Shown: positions 11,189-22,049 of the stretch, piece after piece
How the letters are laid out: each line of letters begins with the position of its first letter
How positions within the stretch are numbered: the first letter of the stretch is position 1
Source of the DNA: Acidobacteriota bacterium
GTDB lineage: Bacteria > Actinomycetota > Acidimicrobiia > Spongiisociales > UBA5794
Assembly: GCA_022562055.1 (NCBI GenBank)
Contig: JADFQA010000012.1
Span: 14,483 to 78,482, forward strand
Direction of reading: 5' to 3'
DNA length: 64,000 bases
Made by a program: the position numbers and the translations under genes
Notes under the pieces: model-generated
Seen by the model: only the letters and a program-made list of their open reading frames with translations
What the model was told of the DNA's origin: nothing
Databases searched by the model: none

Positions 11189-13012
11189 CTACTCGACGGT
11201 GACGCTCTTTGCGAGGTTGCGAGGCTGGTCTATGTCGTGACCACGCAGACGTGCCACATGGTACGCAAGAAGCTGCAGTGGTATCGCGGCAACGATCGGA
11301 CCGATCAGATCAGGCGCCGTGGGTATCCGCAGAACCAGGTCGGCCTCCCGCTCAATGTTGGTGTCGTCGTCGTATGCAACCGCGATGACGTGTGCGCCAC
11401 GAGCCTTTACCTCGGCAACAGCAGACATTGTCTTGTCGTACACGTCTCGCTGAGTCGCGACCGCAACGACAGGGACACCCGGGGTGATAAGAGCCAGTGT
11501 GCCGTGTTTCAGCTCGCCGGCGGGTAGTGCTTCGGAATGCAGGTATGAGACCTCCTTTAGCTTCAACGACGCCTCCATGGCGACCGCAAAATCGAGACCC
11601 CGCCCGATGAAGTAGCAGTCAGAGGCGTCAACGATCTGCTCGGCGGCGGCGATTGCAACATCTTCGCGTGCAAGGGCCTCTTCAATGTACGCGGGTAGAT
11701 GTTGGAGGCCGCGACCGATCTCGGCAGCTAAGGTTTGATCAACGTTGCCGCGAGCTTGACCAAGGTGCAGCGCCAGGAGATACTCGGCAACCAGCATCGC
11801 AACATATGCCTTGGTGGACGCGACTGAGATCTCTGGTCCGGCACGCGTGTACAGAATGTCGTCCGCACCGCGAGCCAGCGTCGACCCGACCACGTTGGTA
11901 AGCGCCAACATCCGGGATCCTTGACGCTGGGCGAGTCCCGCAGCGGCGAGGGTATCGGCGGTCTCGCCCGATTGCGACACTGCAACGGTTAGCGACTCAC
12001 TGCCGACGAGGGGGTCGCTGTAACGCATCTCGTGAGCGTATTCAACGTACGTTGGGATACGAAGCAGCTTGCGGAACAGCACCCCACCGACCAGTGCAGC
12101 GTGATACGCAGTGCCACATGCGGTGAACCAGACGGACTTGATCGACTGGGCGTAATCGGTGTCGAATGCAATATCCTCAAGCCATACGGAGCCGTCCTCA
12201 TCGAGGCGCCCGGCCAGAGTTTCCGATACCACGGTGGCCTGCTCGTGGATCTCCTTGAGCATGAAATGTTCGTAACCGCCCTTCTCCGCCATGCCCGCGT
12301 CCCAGTCGACGACAAACACTTCACGGTCTACCGGGTCGCCTGAGATCGTGGTTATGTGAGCACCGTCGTCGTCGACAACCACCATCTCACCGTCTTCGAT
12401 GATCAAGAACTTCCTCGTCCGATGCAGCACGGCTGGGATGTCGGACGCGATGAACGTCTCGCCGTCGCCGAGACCGATCACCATCGGCGACACCCTGCGC
12501 ACCGCGACGATCCTGCGCGGCTCGTACTCTGTCATCACGACCAGTGCGTACGCCCCCTCGGCCATGTCGACAACCGCTCGGACCGCGACAACAAGATCGC
12601 CGTCATACGCGTTCGCTACTAGGTGGGCGAGGATCTCGGTGTCGGTCTCTGAAGTGAACACATGACCTGTTTTGCGCAGCTCATCCCGCAGGGTCTGGTG
12701 ATTTTCAATGATGCCGTTGTGAACCACGACAAACTTGCCGCTCGCATCGGTGTGCGGGTGAGCGTTTGCGTCGCTCGGCACGCCATGGGTGGCCCAGCGC
12801 GTGTGGCCAATACCCACCGAACCAACCGGGTTGGCGTCGTCGATAACCGCCTGAAGCTTGTCGATCTTTCCCTGCGCCTTGAGCACCGATATCGACCCGT
12901 TAGTTACGGCGATCCCCGCCGAGTCATAACCCCGATACTCGAGCCGGCGCAGCCCGTCGAGAAGAATTTCTGCGGCCTCTTGAGGGCCGACATATCCCAT
13001 GATCCCGCACAT
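11189..13012 (-). CDS. glmS: Glutamine--fructose-6-phosphate aminotransferase
   Basis: MCGIMGY N-terminal nucleophile; two SIS domains; terminal VTVE. Confidence 0.96.
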   Translation of the reverse strand: MCGIMGYVGPQEAAEILLDGLRRLEYRGYDSAGIAVTNGSISVLKAQGKIDKLQAVIDDANPVGSVGIGHTRWATHGVPSDANAHPHTDASGKFVVVHNGIIENHQTLRDELRKTGHVFTSETDTEILAHLVANAYDGDLVVAVRAVVDMAEGAYALVVMTEYEPRRIVAVRRVSPMVIGLGDGETFIASDIPAVLHRTRKFLIIEDGEMVVVDDDGAHITTISGDPVDREVFVVDWDAGMAEKGGYEHFMLKEIHEQATVVSETLAGRLDEDGSVWLEDIAFDTDYAQSIKSVWFTACGTAYHAALVGGVLFRKLLRIPTYVEYAHEMRYSDPLVGSESLTVAVSQSGETADTLAAAGLAQRQGSRMLALTNVVGSTLARGADDILYTRAGPEISVASTKAYVAMLVAEYLLALHLGQARGNVDQTLAAEIGRGLQHLPAYIEEALAREDVAIAAAEQIVDASDCYFIGRGLDFAVAMEASLKLKEVSYLHSEALPAGELKHGTLALITPGVPVVAVATQRDVYDKTMSAVAEVKARGAHVIAVAYDDDTNIEREADLVLRIPTAPDLIGPIVAAIPLQLLAYHVARLRGHDIDQPRNLAKSVTVE

Positions 13013-13034
13013 TGCGCGACCTCCTGTGTTCCAG

Positions 13035-13210
13035 GACTGAGTCGCCGCGCAGGGTTCCCCTGCTTCACATCGTTGCGGTCTTTGTTCCCAAAATCACTTC
13101 CAGGATATTCACCGCACCGTTTCGACCGTGAAAAGCCGAGAGAGCATCCGCCGAATCGTTCGATAACTCTCTTCCTCGTCACCTCGCCTAGGCGAGGCCT
13201 GGCGCTTCGT
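13035..13210 (-). ncRNA. glmS ribozyme (GlcN6P-responsive self-cleaving riboswitch) in the glmM-glmS intergenic region
   Basis: The minus-strand transcript carries the core blocks AGCGCC...GUGACGAGGAAGAGAGUUAUCGAA...UUCGGCGGAUGC...CGGCU...GGGAACAAAG, in the same order as the B. subtilis glmS ribozyme. Confidence 0.75.
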
Positions 13211-13270
13211 TACAGCACCGACCAGTCGTTTGAATTGTCACAGCAGTATAGGACGGCAACCGATATGTGA

Positions 13271-14608
13271 CTACCCATGTTCGGCAGCCACGACGGCAGC
13301 TACCGTCTCCGCAATCTCGTTTGCCTTACCGATTTCACCAGCCTCAACCATCACTCGAATGAGCGGTTCAGTGCCAGAGGCGCGGACAAGGATCCGACCG
13401 TCCTGTCCGAGCGCAACCTCCGCCTCGGCTACTGCCTTCGTTATGGCGTCGTTGGTGTCCCAACCGGTCTTCGACGTTACGGTGACGTTGGTGAGCACCT
13501 GAGGGTAGGAACGCATCACCTTGCGCAACTCAGAGAGCCTCAGACCAGTCGCTGCAAGAACCTCTGCAAGTCGCAGCGCGGTGCGAAGGCCATCTCCCGT
13601 CGAGCGGTCCTCCAAAATGACGTGACCTGACTGCTCACCACCCAGGACAGCTCTCGACTTACGCATGGCGTCAAGCACCGCGCGATCCCCGACATCGGTC
13701 TCAATCACTTCGACCCCCAGACCGCCCATGGCGCGCTTAAACCCGAGGTTCGCCATGACAGTGGTCACGACGACGTTCCCCTTCAGCTTCCGCCTGTCGA
13801 TGGCGTGTTTCACCAGAATGGCGAGCACCACATCGCCGTCAACTACTTCGCCGTCCTCATCAACAGCGATCAACCGGTCAGCATCACCATCGAAGCAGAA
13901 CCCGACATGGCCGTTCGCCTGCTCAGCGAGCGCCTCCGGATACATGGCCCCGCAACCGTCGTTGATGTTCATCCCGGTTGGCTCGTCGTTAAATACCTCG
14001 ACGTGGGCGCCGAGGATCTCGAAAAGCATCGGGGCAGCTTGGAAGGCTGCCCCGTGAGCCGTATCCAACGCAAACTCAAGGCCCCGCAGCGAGTACGCGA
14101 CACCGTCCTTGATGTAGTCAACGTAACGTTGCACTGAATTGGCCATCGTTGTTTGGAACCCGACACCGGCACCGGCCACGGTCGCAACGGCAGCTCGGGA
14201 GTGGTAACGCCGCTCAATGGCGCGCTCCTCAGAGTCGCTGAGCTTGGCACCGTCGCGGCCAAAGAACTTGATGCCGTTGTCGGGCGCGGGGTTGTGCGAC
14301 GCGGAAACCATGACGCCGTATCTAGCACCGACGGAGCGGACCAACCGTGACACACCGCCGACGGGGATGATGCCGAGGTCAACCGTGTCAACACCGACGC
14401 TGTTGAACCCGGCATGCAGCGCGGCAGCGATCATCGTGCCCGATCGGCGGGTATCGCGACCGATCAGAACCGGTTCAGTGGCGGTCTTGTCGGTTGCCGC
14501 ACGGGCGAGCTGTATCGCAAGCTCCACGGTGATGTCGGTGTTTGCGCGACCGCGAACTCCATCAGTCCCGAACAACTTCTCGGAGCGATCACCCATGCGT
14601 GCGGGCAC
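13271..14608 (-). CDS. glmM: Phosphoglucosamine mutase
   Basis: LFGTDGVRG and SASHNPAPDNGIK active-site motifs. Confidence 0.95.
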   Translation of the reverse strand: MPARMGDRSEKLFGTDGVRGRANTDITVELAIQLARAATDKTATEPVLIGRDTRRSGTMIAAALHAGFNSVGVDTVDLGIIPVGGVSRLVRSVGARYGVMVSASHNPAPDNGIKFFGRDGAKLSDSEERAIERRYHSRAAVATVAGAGVGFQTTMANSVQRYVDYIKDGVAYSLRGLEFALDTAHGAAFQAAPMLFEILGAHVEVFNDEPTGMNINDGCGAMYPEALAEQANGHVGFCFDGDADRLIAVDEDGEVVDGDVVLAILVKHAIDRRKLKGNVVVTTVMANLGFKRAMGGLGVEVIETDVGDRAVLDAMRKSRAVLGGEQSGHVILEDRSTGDGLRTALRLAEVLAATGLRLSELRKVMRSYPQVLTNVTVTSKTGWDTNDAITKAVAEAEVALGQDGRILVRASGTEPLIRVMVEAGEIGKANEIAETVAAVVAAEHG

Positions 14609-14617
14609 GACCGCGGA

Positions 14618-15010
14618 TTAACGCTTGGTGAACTGAGGTGCGCGGCGCGCCTTGCGCAGCCCGTACTTCTTGCGCTCAACACGACGCGAGTCGCGCGTGA
14701 GAAGGCCTTCCTTCTTCAACGCAGGACGAAGTTCTGGATCGAACTCAATAAGCGCACGCGCAATGCCGAGACGCATAGCGTCAGATTGGCCCGTGAGACC
14801 GCCGCCGTGCAAAGTGGTATCGATATCGAACTTGCCCTCAGCCTCAACAACCTTGAACGGTGCCATGACGCGGAGCTGGACCGCCGGATCGGGGAAGTAG
14901 TCCTCAAGGGTGCGGCCGTTGAGTTTCATCTCTCCGGTGCCCACGGTGAGGCGCACCCTCGCAACGGAACTCTTGCGGCGACCAGTGGCCTGAATCATTG
15001 CGTTTGCCAT
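14618..15010 (-). CDS. rpsI: 30S ribosomal protein S9
   Basis: C-terminal [14 protein letters not shown]. Confidence 0.95.
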   Translation of the reverse strand: MANAMIQATGRRKSSVARVRLTVGTGEMKLNGRTLEDYFPDPAVQLRVMAPFKVVEAEGKFDIDTTLHGGGLTGQSDAMRLGIARALIEFDPELRPALKKEGLLTRDSRRVERKKYGLRKARRAPQFTKR

Positions 15011-15468
15011 TAGCGATTAACCTTTCCAAGCTCAAGCGGTTGCGGATCCTGGGCTGCATGTGGGTGCTCGGGGCCGGCATACACCTTCATTTTCTTAATC
15101 ATTTGACGGCCGAGGCGGTTTTTCGGAAGCATGCCTCTCACCGCGGACTCGATAATGCGCTGTGGGTAGGTTGCCCGTAGCGTCCCAAGGTTCACTTCGC
15201 GAAGCCCACCCGGAAAACCGGAGTGGCGGAAGTACATCTTGTCCTCTTCCTTGTTGCCGGTGACGAATACTTTGCTGGCGTTGATCACGATGACGTGGTC
15301 GCCCACATCCATGTGCGGAGCAAACATCGGCTTGTTCTTCCCGCGAAGGATCGTCGCGATCTCGGAGGCCAGACGACCAAGAGTTGCGCCGTCAGCATCA
15401 ACCACGAACCAAGAGCGATGGATGTCGCCGGGTTTAGGCGAATACGTTTTCTGAAGTTTTGGTTTCAT
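15010..15468 (-). CDS. rplM: 50S ribosomal protein L13
   Basis: Typical L13 sequence, upstream of rpsI. Confidence 0.95.
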   Translation of the reverse strand: MKPKLQKTYSPKPGDIHRSWFVVDADGATLGRLASEIATILRGKNKPMFAPHMDVGDHVIVINASKVFVTGNKEEDKMYFRHSGFPGGLREVNLGTLRATYPQRIIESAVRGMLPKNRLGRQMIKKMKVYAGPEHPHAAQDPQPLELGKVNR

Positions 15469-15601
15469 GGCTCAACCCTCGAACAAAAACAGGACACAAG
15501 GATACCCCCGGGACACCGAGGACGGACACGAATTGTAAGCGAGACCGCCCGTTCGTGCCAATCCATACCGGGATGGTCCGCCATGCGTTAGCCTCCACGC
15601 C

Positions 15602-16825
15602 ATGGTCGAACGCCTCATCGTGGAAGAGATTGTCGAGGCCCGCAAGAGGGGCTCCTCGGTCGTTCTCGAAACGCCTGTGCTGCCGTCGACTTCGTTCTCC
15701 AAGCTCAGCGGACGAGACGTGATTCTTAAGGCGGAAAACCTCCAGCGCACAGGGTCGTTCAAGATTCGAGGCGCAATGAACGCCCTGTCTCTCCTCGACG
15801 ACGATCAGGCAAAACGTGGGGTCGTTGCCGCGTCGGCTGGTAACCACGCCCAAGGGATAGCGCTCGCCGCCAAGACACTCGGCATCCCCGCCACGGTCTT
15901 TATGCCCGAGGGAGCTGCCATCCCCAAGATCAACGCGACCGAGAGCTACGGTGCGACGGTCAAGATTGCAGGTGCGAACCTCGGCGAGGCTGTCGAACAC
16001 GCACGAGCGTTCGAAAGCGAGACCGGCGCACGGTTCATTCACCCTTACGATGATCGGGCCATCATTGCAGGCCAGGGAACACTTGGGCTTGAGACCCTCG
16101 AACAGGTACCCGACATGGCGACGCTTGTTCTACCAGTCGGCGGCGGCGGCCTGATCGGTGGCACATCAACCGCGATAAAAGCACTGCGCCCCGACATCAC
16201 CATCGTCGGGGTTCAATCGGCGGCGATACCGACGTATGTCGAGAGTCGTCGTCGCGGCGAACCAACCGCCGTTGAACCCCGGCCCACAATTGCTGACGGT
16301 ATCGCGTGTCATCTGCCTTCGCAGCTTGCCTTTGATTGCATCGAGCGCTGGGTAGACGACATCGTGACCGTCGACGACACAGCGATTACCAAGTCGGTGA
16401 CGCTGCTTCTCGAACGCGCAAAGTATCTCGTCGAACCGAGCGGGGCGGTAACGCTCGCCGCGTTGCTTGCCGGCAAGGTCGCCAGCGGCAACGGACCTGT
16501 GGTGTTGGTGCTGTCCGGAGGCAACATTGACCTTCTTCTCCTCGACCAGCTCGTACGCCACGGGCAGGAGGCACGCGGGCGGTTTGCGTCTTTGAAGGTG
16601 TGGGTTGCTGACAGCCCGGGCCAACTTGCCGGGGTGCTTGAGACACTCGCCGCCGGGGGCGCCAACCTGTTGTCAGTTGAGCACCACCGCGAGGGTTCCG
16701 GTCTGCCGTTTGGCATGGTGCAGATACAGCTCACGTTTGCCACCAGGTCCTGGTCCCACATTGACGAGATCGTCGCTGCCTTTGAAGACAACGGCGCCAC
16801 AATCAAATCCCGACCAACCCGATAG
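15602..16825 (+). CDS. ilvA: Threonine ammonia-lyase (threonine dehydratase) with a C-terminal regulatory domain
   Basis: PLP motif GSFKIRGA; S..GNHAQG. Confidence 0.88.
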   Translation: MVERLIVEEIVEARKRGSSVVLETPVLPSTSFSKLSGRDVILKAENLQRTGSFKIRGAMNALSLLDDDQAKRGVVAASAGNHAQGIALAAKTLGIPATVFMPEGAAIPKINATESYGATVKIAGANLGEAVEHARAFESETGARFIHPYDDRAIIAGQGTLGLETLEQVPDMATLVLPVGGGGLIGGTSTAIKALRPDITIVGVQSAAIPTYVESRRRGEPTAVEPRPTIADGIACHLPSQLAFDCIERWVDDIVTVDDTAITKSVTLLLERAKYLVEPSGAVTLAALLAGKVASGNGPVVLVLSGGNIDLLLLDQLVRHGQEARGRFASLKVWVADSPGQLAGVLETLAAGGANLLSVEHHREGSGLPFGMVQIQLTFATRSWSHIDEIVAAFEDNGATIKSRPTR

Positions 16826-16849
16826 TCCCGCAAACCCGAACACTCGCGT

Positions 16850-17581
16850 CTAGGGGTATTTCACCTCGACGAGTGTGAGACCGCGGGCCGGGGCGGCACC
16901 GTTGCCTCCGCGACGGTCTCTTGACTCGATGACCGCAGGCACATCACCCTCGGGGAGCTTTCCCCTGCCGACATCGACACACAGCGCAACAATCGAACGC
17001 ACCATCTGATGGCAAAACGACGACGCCTCGATCCTGAAGACTGTGAGCTCGCCCTCCCTGGCCCACGCTGTCGATATCACCGACCGTTCGGTTGAACGCC
17101 CAACGGCGGCACGACAAAAGGACGCAAAATCCATCGTCCCGATGAAGAGTTGAGCAACACGGTGCATCACAGCCACATCGAGATCATGGTGCACGTGCCA
17201 TACACGACCGGCGAGGAAGGGATCGGGGTGTAAACGGTCCAAGATCTGATATCGATACACCCTGCTAACGGCGTCAAACCTGGCATGAAAATCGTCGTCA
17301 ACCGGCTCAAATGACGACACCGCAATTGACGGGGCAAGCCTCTTGTTCAACGAGCGCTTTATCTTGTCTGGGATGATCTCATGATCTGTGGAGAAGCTGA
17401 CGACCTGGCCAGTTGCGTGAACTCCGGCGTCGGTCCGACCCGCGACAATCGTTTTCACATCGGGGATGTGCAGCGAAAGCTGTGCCTCCAACGCCCCCTG
17501 CACCGTGCGCACGTTTGGTTGAATTGCGTACCCTCGGAAGTCGCCCCCGTCGTAGGCGAGGTCGATCCGATAGGTCGTCAT
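16850..17581 (-). CDS. truA: tRNA pseudouridine(38-40) synthase
   Basis: AGRTDAGVHA catalytic Asp motif. Confidence 0.9.
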   Translation of the reverse strand: MTTYRIDLAYDGGDFRGYAIQPNVRTVQGALEAQLSLHIPDVKTIVAGRTDAGVHATGQVVSFSTDHEIIPDKIKRSLNKRLAPSIAVSSFEPVDDDFHARFDAVSRVYRYQILDRLHPDPFLAGRVWHVHHDLDVAVMHRVAQLFIGTMDFASFCRAAVGRSTERSVISTAWAREGELTVFRIEASSFCHQMVRSIVALCVDVGRGKLPEGDVPAVIESRDRRGGNGAAPARGLTLVEVKYP

Positions 17582-18112
17582 CTAGATGATGCCCCAACCG
17601 AGAATCTGGGCAAGCAAGTACCAGCCGACGAGTCCCAGAACGGCGGCGAAAACGGCCTTGCTCGTTTCCAGGTTCGCCTCATACACCAGGCCGCGTGCAA
17701 CGATCGCGAGCAGCCACGCTGAGCCAGTGAGTAACACGACAAACGGCGAGGAGGACAGTTCTCGCGAAATCAGCACCAACAACATCGTCGGATATGCGAA
17801 ACCGACGACTCTCAGAATCACAACATAGGCGCCGCTACCCTGGAACAGGTACTTCGAGGCACCAAAGGTGATTCCCGAGAACGCCAGCCAGAACACCAGC
17901 GCGTTGAGCATTGCCTGAAAGAAGACGTTGATCCCAGCCGAGCTTGAGATGATCGTCAGCGGCCCGATGCCAAAACCCATAAGCATGAGAAACCGTGTGA
18001 CGAGAACGAGAAGCACTGCGTCGCCCGTTGCTCGGTCGTTGAGATACATCCACACAAACGCGGAACGATCCATCCGAAGCGTCTGGGCCAATCGATGCAG
18101 AACTTCGTTCAC
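17582..18112 (-). CDS. Yip1-family integral membrane protein (hypothetical)
   Basis: About 5 TM helices, Yip1/DUF1282-like topology. Confidence 0.45.
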   Translation of the reverse strand: MNEVLHRLAQTLRMDRSAFVWMYLNDRATGDAVLLVLVTRFLMLMGFGIGPLTIISSSAGINVFFQAMLNALVFWLAFSGITFGASKYLFQGSGAYVVILRVVGFAYPTMLLVLISRELSSSPFVVLLTGSAWLLAIVARGLVYEANLETSKAVFAAVLGLVGWYLLAQILGWGII

Positions 18113-18181
18113 GAATCAACCTTCCATCGCGGGGAGCGTCACTGAGCATCCCCGAACTCTCCGGCGATGGTAGATGGGAGC

Positions 18182-18748
18182 TTACCGATTGAACGGACTG
18201 GTGACATCCATGACCATTGTGAGAAGCTTCGTTGCGGGACGCTTCACGGACTCGTCGTACTGGGCCGCGAGTACGTCGTCGAAACCGATCCACTCGGCGG
18301 CGCGGACCTCGCTCGACGGTGTCAGCCGATCTGAGGCCGCCTGGAAGGCAAACCGAACATCAAAGTGCACATGACCAGGTTGGTCTCCATGCGCCGGAAT
18401 GTCGTGGGCATCGATATCGAACAGAATTCCGGCACGCTTGGAGAGTTCCACACCGGTCTCCTCGGTCACTTCTCGACGGGCGGCAGCTTCAAGAGTTGCG
18501 TCCTCAGACTCGACATGCCCGCCGGGTTGCACCCAGATGCCAAGCTTGCCGTGGTAAATCAACAGCGTGCGACGCTGTGTCGTATCGACGACAAAACCCG
18601 ACGCAGTGATATGACCCGGCACGAGTTGCTCACCGGAAAACGGTGCATCGGTATCGGCCAACAAAGCAAGGGTGTCCTTGAGAGCTTGCTGTTCATCGAG
18701 CGACGCCGAATACGACTGCAACGAATTGATAACTTGCGGGATGTTCAT
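18182..18748 (-). CDS. NUDIX hydrolase
   Basis: Nudix box GGHVESEDATLEAAARREVTEETG. Confidence 0.8.
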   Translation of the reverse strand: MNIPQVINSLQSYSASLDEQQALKDTLALLADTDAPFSGEQLVPGHITASGFVVDTTQRRTLLIYHGKLGIWVQPGGHVESEDATLEAAARREVTEETGVELSKRAGILFDIDAHDIPAHGDQPGHVHFDVRFAFQAASDRLTPSSEVRAAEWIGFDDVLAAQYDESVKRPATKLLTMVMDVTSPFNR

Positions 18749-18864
18749 GGTGACTTCCGAAATAGGAGTGCCGTACGGGCGCTGGCGGTGCGGCCAGCCG
18801 ACCCATGCACGGTTGTAGCACGCTGGCCGTGTCAGCGGGTGGGGGTAGGACTATCGGGTGTTGG

Positions 18865-19215
18865 TTAGACCAGCTCGATGCGAGCGAGTTCGGTACCGTC
18901 GCCGCGGCGAGGCCCTAGCTTCGTGATTCGGGTGTAGCCGCCGTTGCGGTCGGCGTACCGTGGACCAATTTCGTCGAACAGTTTCGTCACAGCGTCGTTG
19001 TTCGGCAACTTTGCTAGAACAAGCCTGCGGGAATGAAGATCGCCTGCGCGAGCCTTCGTGATGAGCTTCTCAATAAACGGTCGCAACACCTTGGCCTTGG
19101 TCACGGTTGTCGTGATCCCCTCTGCCTCGATCAACGAAGCCGCGAGGTTCGAGAGAATCTTGCGCTGGTGGCTTGGACTACCGCCGAGACGTTTGCCCTT
19201 GCGGGGTGCAGGCAT
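18865..19215 (-). CDS. rplQ: 50S ribosomal protein L17
   Basis: Homology; position after rpoA. Confidence 0.95.
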   Translation of the reverse strand: MPAPRKGKRLGGSPSHQRKILSNLAASLIEAEGITTTVTKAKVLRPFIEKLITKARAGDLHSRRLVLAKLPNNDAVTKLFDEIGPRYADRNGGYTRITKLGPRRGDGTELARIELV

Positions 19216-20168
19216 TAGATGGTCCCTGTATCAATATCAGCAGACGCTGGAAGAGACAGGCCAAGCTCGTCGAGCTTTGCAGTGACTTCCTCAAGGCTCT
19301 TCTGCCCAAAGTTGGTGATGTTGAGCAATTCGTCTTCGGTCTTCGTCACAAGCTCGCCAACGGTCTGCACCTGCGCACGACGCAGGCAGTTACGGGGACG
19401 TTCCGAAAGGTCAAGCGCCTCGATAGGCAGATCCAAGTCTGGCGACGTCGAGTCAGCAACGACGACATCTCCGAGCGTGAGACCCGCGGTCTCCTCCATG
19501 TCGGCAAACAAACCGAGTAGGTCGCGCAGGGTTTTACCGGCGGACGACATGGCCTCGGACGGCGACATGGAACCATCGGTCTCAACATCAACAGTGAGCT
19601 TGTCAAAGTTGGTGATCTGGCCGACCTGGGTCGTGTCGACCCTGTAGGCAACTTTGGTCACCGGTGAAAAAATCGAGTCGATCGGAATCACTCCGATTAC
19701 CTCGGACTTCTTGTTGCGATCAGCGCTGCGATACCCAACACCACGCTCGGCGCCGAACTCGGCCTCAATCTTGCCGGTCTTAGACATCGTCACAAGATGC
19801 AGATCAGGGTTGAGGATCTCAACACCAGCGGGGACCTTCAAGTCTCCAGCAGTTACCTCGCCCGCACCCTTCACCGACAAGTAAAGGGTGACAGGTTCGT
19901 CAACCTCAATTTTTAAAACGACCTTCTTGAGGTTGAGGATAAAGTCGACAACGTCCTCAACAACACCTTCAACAGTTGTGAACTCGTGCTGAACACCCTC
20001 GATACGAACGGAACTGATAGCAGCACCTGGAATACGAGACAGCAGCGTCCTACGCAGGGTGTTGCCGAGTGTGTAACCAAAGCCAGGCTCAAGCGGTTGG
20101 ACCACGAACCGTGATCGATCCTCAGAGACCTCGACTTCTTCTATTTGTGGACGCTGCACAATGAGCAC
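19215..20168 (-). CDS. rpoA: DNA-directed RNA polymerase subunit alpha (GTG start at VLIVQRP; the ORF track extends to 20249)
   Basis: [21 protein letters not shown] motif. Confidence 0.95.
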   Translation of the reverse strand: MLIVQRPQIEEVEVSEDRSRFVVQPLEPGFGYTLGNTLRRTLLSRIPGAAISSVRIEGVQHEFTTVEGVVEDVVDFILNLKKVVLKIEVDEPVTLYLSVKGAGEVTAGDLKVPAGVEILNPDLHLVTMSKTGKIEAEFGAERGVGYRSADRNKKSEVIGVIPIDSIFSPVTKVAYRVDTTQVGQITNFDKLTVDVETDGSMSPSEAMSSAGKTLRDLLGLFADMEETAGLTLGDVVVADSTSPDLDLPIEALDLSERPRNCLRRAQVQTVGELVTKTEDELLNITNFGQKSLEEVTAKLDELGLSLPASADIDTGTI

Positions 20169-20199
20169 GTTGCGCTCCTCAGGTAAGGGGGGGGTGGAC

Positions 20200-20805
20200 T
20201 TACTTTGAGTACAGCTCGACGATGAGCTGCTCTTTAATATCGGTGTCAATCTGTTCCCGTGTTGGCATCGAGTCGACTGTGATCTTGCGATCTGTCTTGT
20301 CGACTGTCATCCACTCGGGAGCTGATCGATCAATGGTGTCTATAGAGTGCTGAATCGGCAAGGTGTTACGAGAACGCTCCTTCACCGTCACAACATCTCC
20401 GGCAGAAACTTGGAAGGAAGGGATGTCAACCTTCTTGCCGTTGACCAGAAAGTGGGCGTGGTTCACCAACTGACGAGCCTGCGGGCGGGTCGCCGCCAAA
20501 CCGGCGCGGTAGACAACGTTGTCGAGACGTGTCTCAAGAATCACCATCAGGTTCTCACCCGTAATGCCGGCCTGGCGAGACGATTCGCGGTAGTACCGGC
20601 GGAACTGCTTTTCGAGAACGCCGTAGATGAACTTCAGCTTCTGCTTCTCGCGGAGCTGAACTTGGTACAGCGATTCACGGATCCGACCGCGGCCGTGCTC
20701 ACCCGGCGGGTACGGCCGACGGTCAAAGTACTTTGCCTTGTTTTCGTCGAGCAACTGTCGGGCACGACGCGAAACCTTGGTGCGTGGTCCGGTGTAACGA
20801 GCCAT
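20200..20805 (-). CDS. rpsD: 30S ribosomal protein S4
   Basis: MARYTGP... Confidence 0.95.
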   Translation of the reverse strand: MARYTGPRTKVSRRARQLLDENKAKYFDRRPYPPGEHGRGRIRESLYQVQLREKQKLKFIYGVLEKQFRRYYRESSRQAGITGENLMVILETRLDNVVYRAGLAATRPQARQLVNHAHFLVNGKKVDIPSFQVSAGDVVTVKERSRNTLPIQHSIDTIDRSAPEWMTVDKTDRKITVDSMPTREQIDTDIKEQLIVELYSK

Positions 20806-20807
20806 GC

Positions 20808-21191
20808 CTAACGGCCCTTCCGCTTCTTAGGGCGGCAACCGTTGTGCGGCGTAGGTGTCACATCACGGATGCCCGTGATGTCAACGCCACTGTTCTGGAG
20901 GGTGCGGATGGCAGTATCCCGACCCGAACCCGAACCGCGGACGATGATATCCAACTTGCGCATCCCCATCTCGGTAGCGCGACGCCCGGCCTGTTCCGCG
21001 GCGACCTGGGCGGCGTATGGCGTCGACTTGCGCGAACCCTTGAATCCGACCGAGCCACCCGAAGTCCATCCGACCGCTTGGCCAGACAGGTCTGTGAGGG
21101 TGATGATCGTGTTGTTGAACGTCGCCTTGATATGGGCTTGGCCGTGTGGGATGTTCCGCTTGGTACGACGTTTACGTGGTGCTTGAGCCAT
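20808..21191 (-). CDS. rpsK: 30S ribosomal protein S11
   Basis: Homology. Confidence 0.95.
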   Translation of the reverse strand: MAQAPRKRRTKRNIPHGQAHIKATFNNTIITLTDLSGQAVGWTSGGSVGFKGSRKSTPYAAQVAAEQAGRRATEMGMRKLDIIVRGSGSGRDTAIRTLQNSGVDITGIRDVTPTPHNGCRPKKRKGR

Positions 21192-21193
21192 GG

Positions 21194-21571
21194 CTACTTT
21201 TGGACCTTCTTCTTCCCGGCGATTGCGACTGCCTTGCCCTTACGGGTGCGGGCGTTGGTGTGGGTGCGCTGACCGCGCACCGGCAGACCACGACGATGGC
21301 GGAGTCCCTGGTAGCAACCGATTTCGATTTTGCGCTTGATGTTCTGTGCTACCTCGCGACGAAGGTCACCTTCCACGGTGTACTGCTCACCGATGAACCG
21401 ACGGAGCTCGACAGCCTCGGTGTCGGTGAGGTCGCGGACTTTGGTGTCGGGATCGAGTTCGAGTGCCTCAAGAATCTGGAGCGACCGTGAGCGTCCAATC
21501 CCAAAGACGTAGGTCAACCCGATTTCGATTCGTTTATCTCTCGGGAGATCAGTCCCTGCAATTCGTGCCAT
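21194..21571 (-). CDS. rpsM: 30S ribosomal protein S13 (start at MARIAG)
   Basis: [10 protein letters not shown]... Confidence 0.93.
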   Translation of the reverse strand: MARIAGTDLPRDKRIEIGLTYVFGIGRSRSLQILEALELDPDTKVRDLTDTEAVELRRFIGEQYTVEGDLRREVAQNIKRKIEIGCYQGLRHRRGLPVRGQRTHTNARTRKGKAVAIAGKKKVQK

Positions 21572-21579
21572 CTGTTCAA

Positions 21580-21693
21580 CTACCCCTGGCGCTGCTTGTG
21601 TCGCGGATTCGGGCAGATGACACGCACGCGACCGTGGCGCCGGATAACCCGGCACTTGTCACACATCTTTTTTGCTGATGCTGAAACCTTCAT
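21580..21693 (-). CDS. rpmJ: 50S ribosomal protein L36
   Basis: [37 protein letters not shown]. Confidence 0.93.
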   Translation of the reverse strand: MKVSASAKKMCDKCRVIRRHGRVRVICPNPRHKQRQG

Positions 21694-21911
21694 CGGTACC
21701 TGTACGTGATTCTGCCTCGGTCGAGGTCGTACGGTGACATTGCCAAACGTACCCTGTCGCCCGGAAGGATACGGATGTAGTGCATCCGCATCTTGCCCGA
21801 GATGTGGCACAGCACCTCATGCTCATTGTCAAGCTTCACCCGAAACATTGCGTTCGGGAGAGGCGTCACAACAGTACCCTCGACCTCAATTACATCGTCT
21901 TTTTTCGCCAC
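21690..21911 (-). CDS. infA: Translation initiation factor IF-1
   Basis: [14 protein letters not shown]... Confidence 0.95.
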   Translation of the reverse strand: MAKKDDVIEVEGTVVTPLPNAMFRVKLDNEHEVLCHISGKMRMHYIRILPGDRVRLAMSPYDLDRGRITYRYR

Positions 21912-22049
21912 AAGAAATTCCCGACCCGGACATGGGCCGGAGCGATACTATAGGGACGGCCCGAAAGGACCACAAATTAGCAAGCGTAACAAAGCCGCCC
22001 ACACAATGAAGCCGAACGGACTCGGCCCACCGAGACGTCAGCACTGTGC

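Noticed and set aside
12662-13270. 202-aa plus-strand ORF spanning the glmS 5' end and the glmM-glmS spacer
   Set aside because: Overlaps glmS and the glmS ribozyme on the opposite strand. No homology; considered spurious.
18791-18829. Hairpin downstream of rplQ as a terminator
   Set aside because: 8-bp stem with a 23-nt loop and no U-tract; too weak to call.
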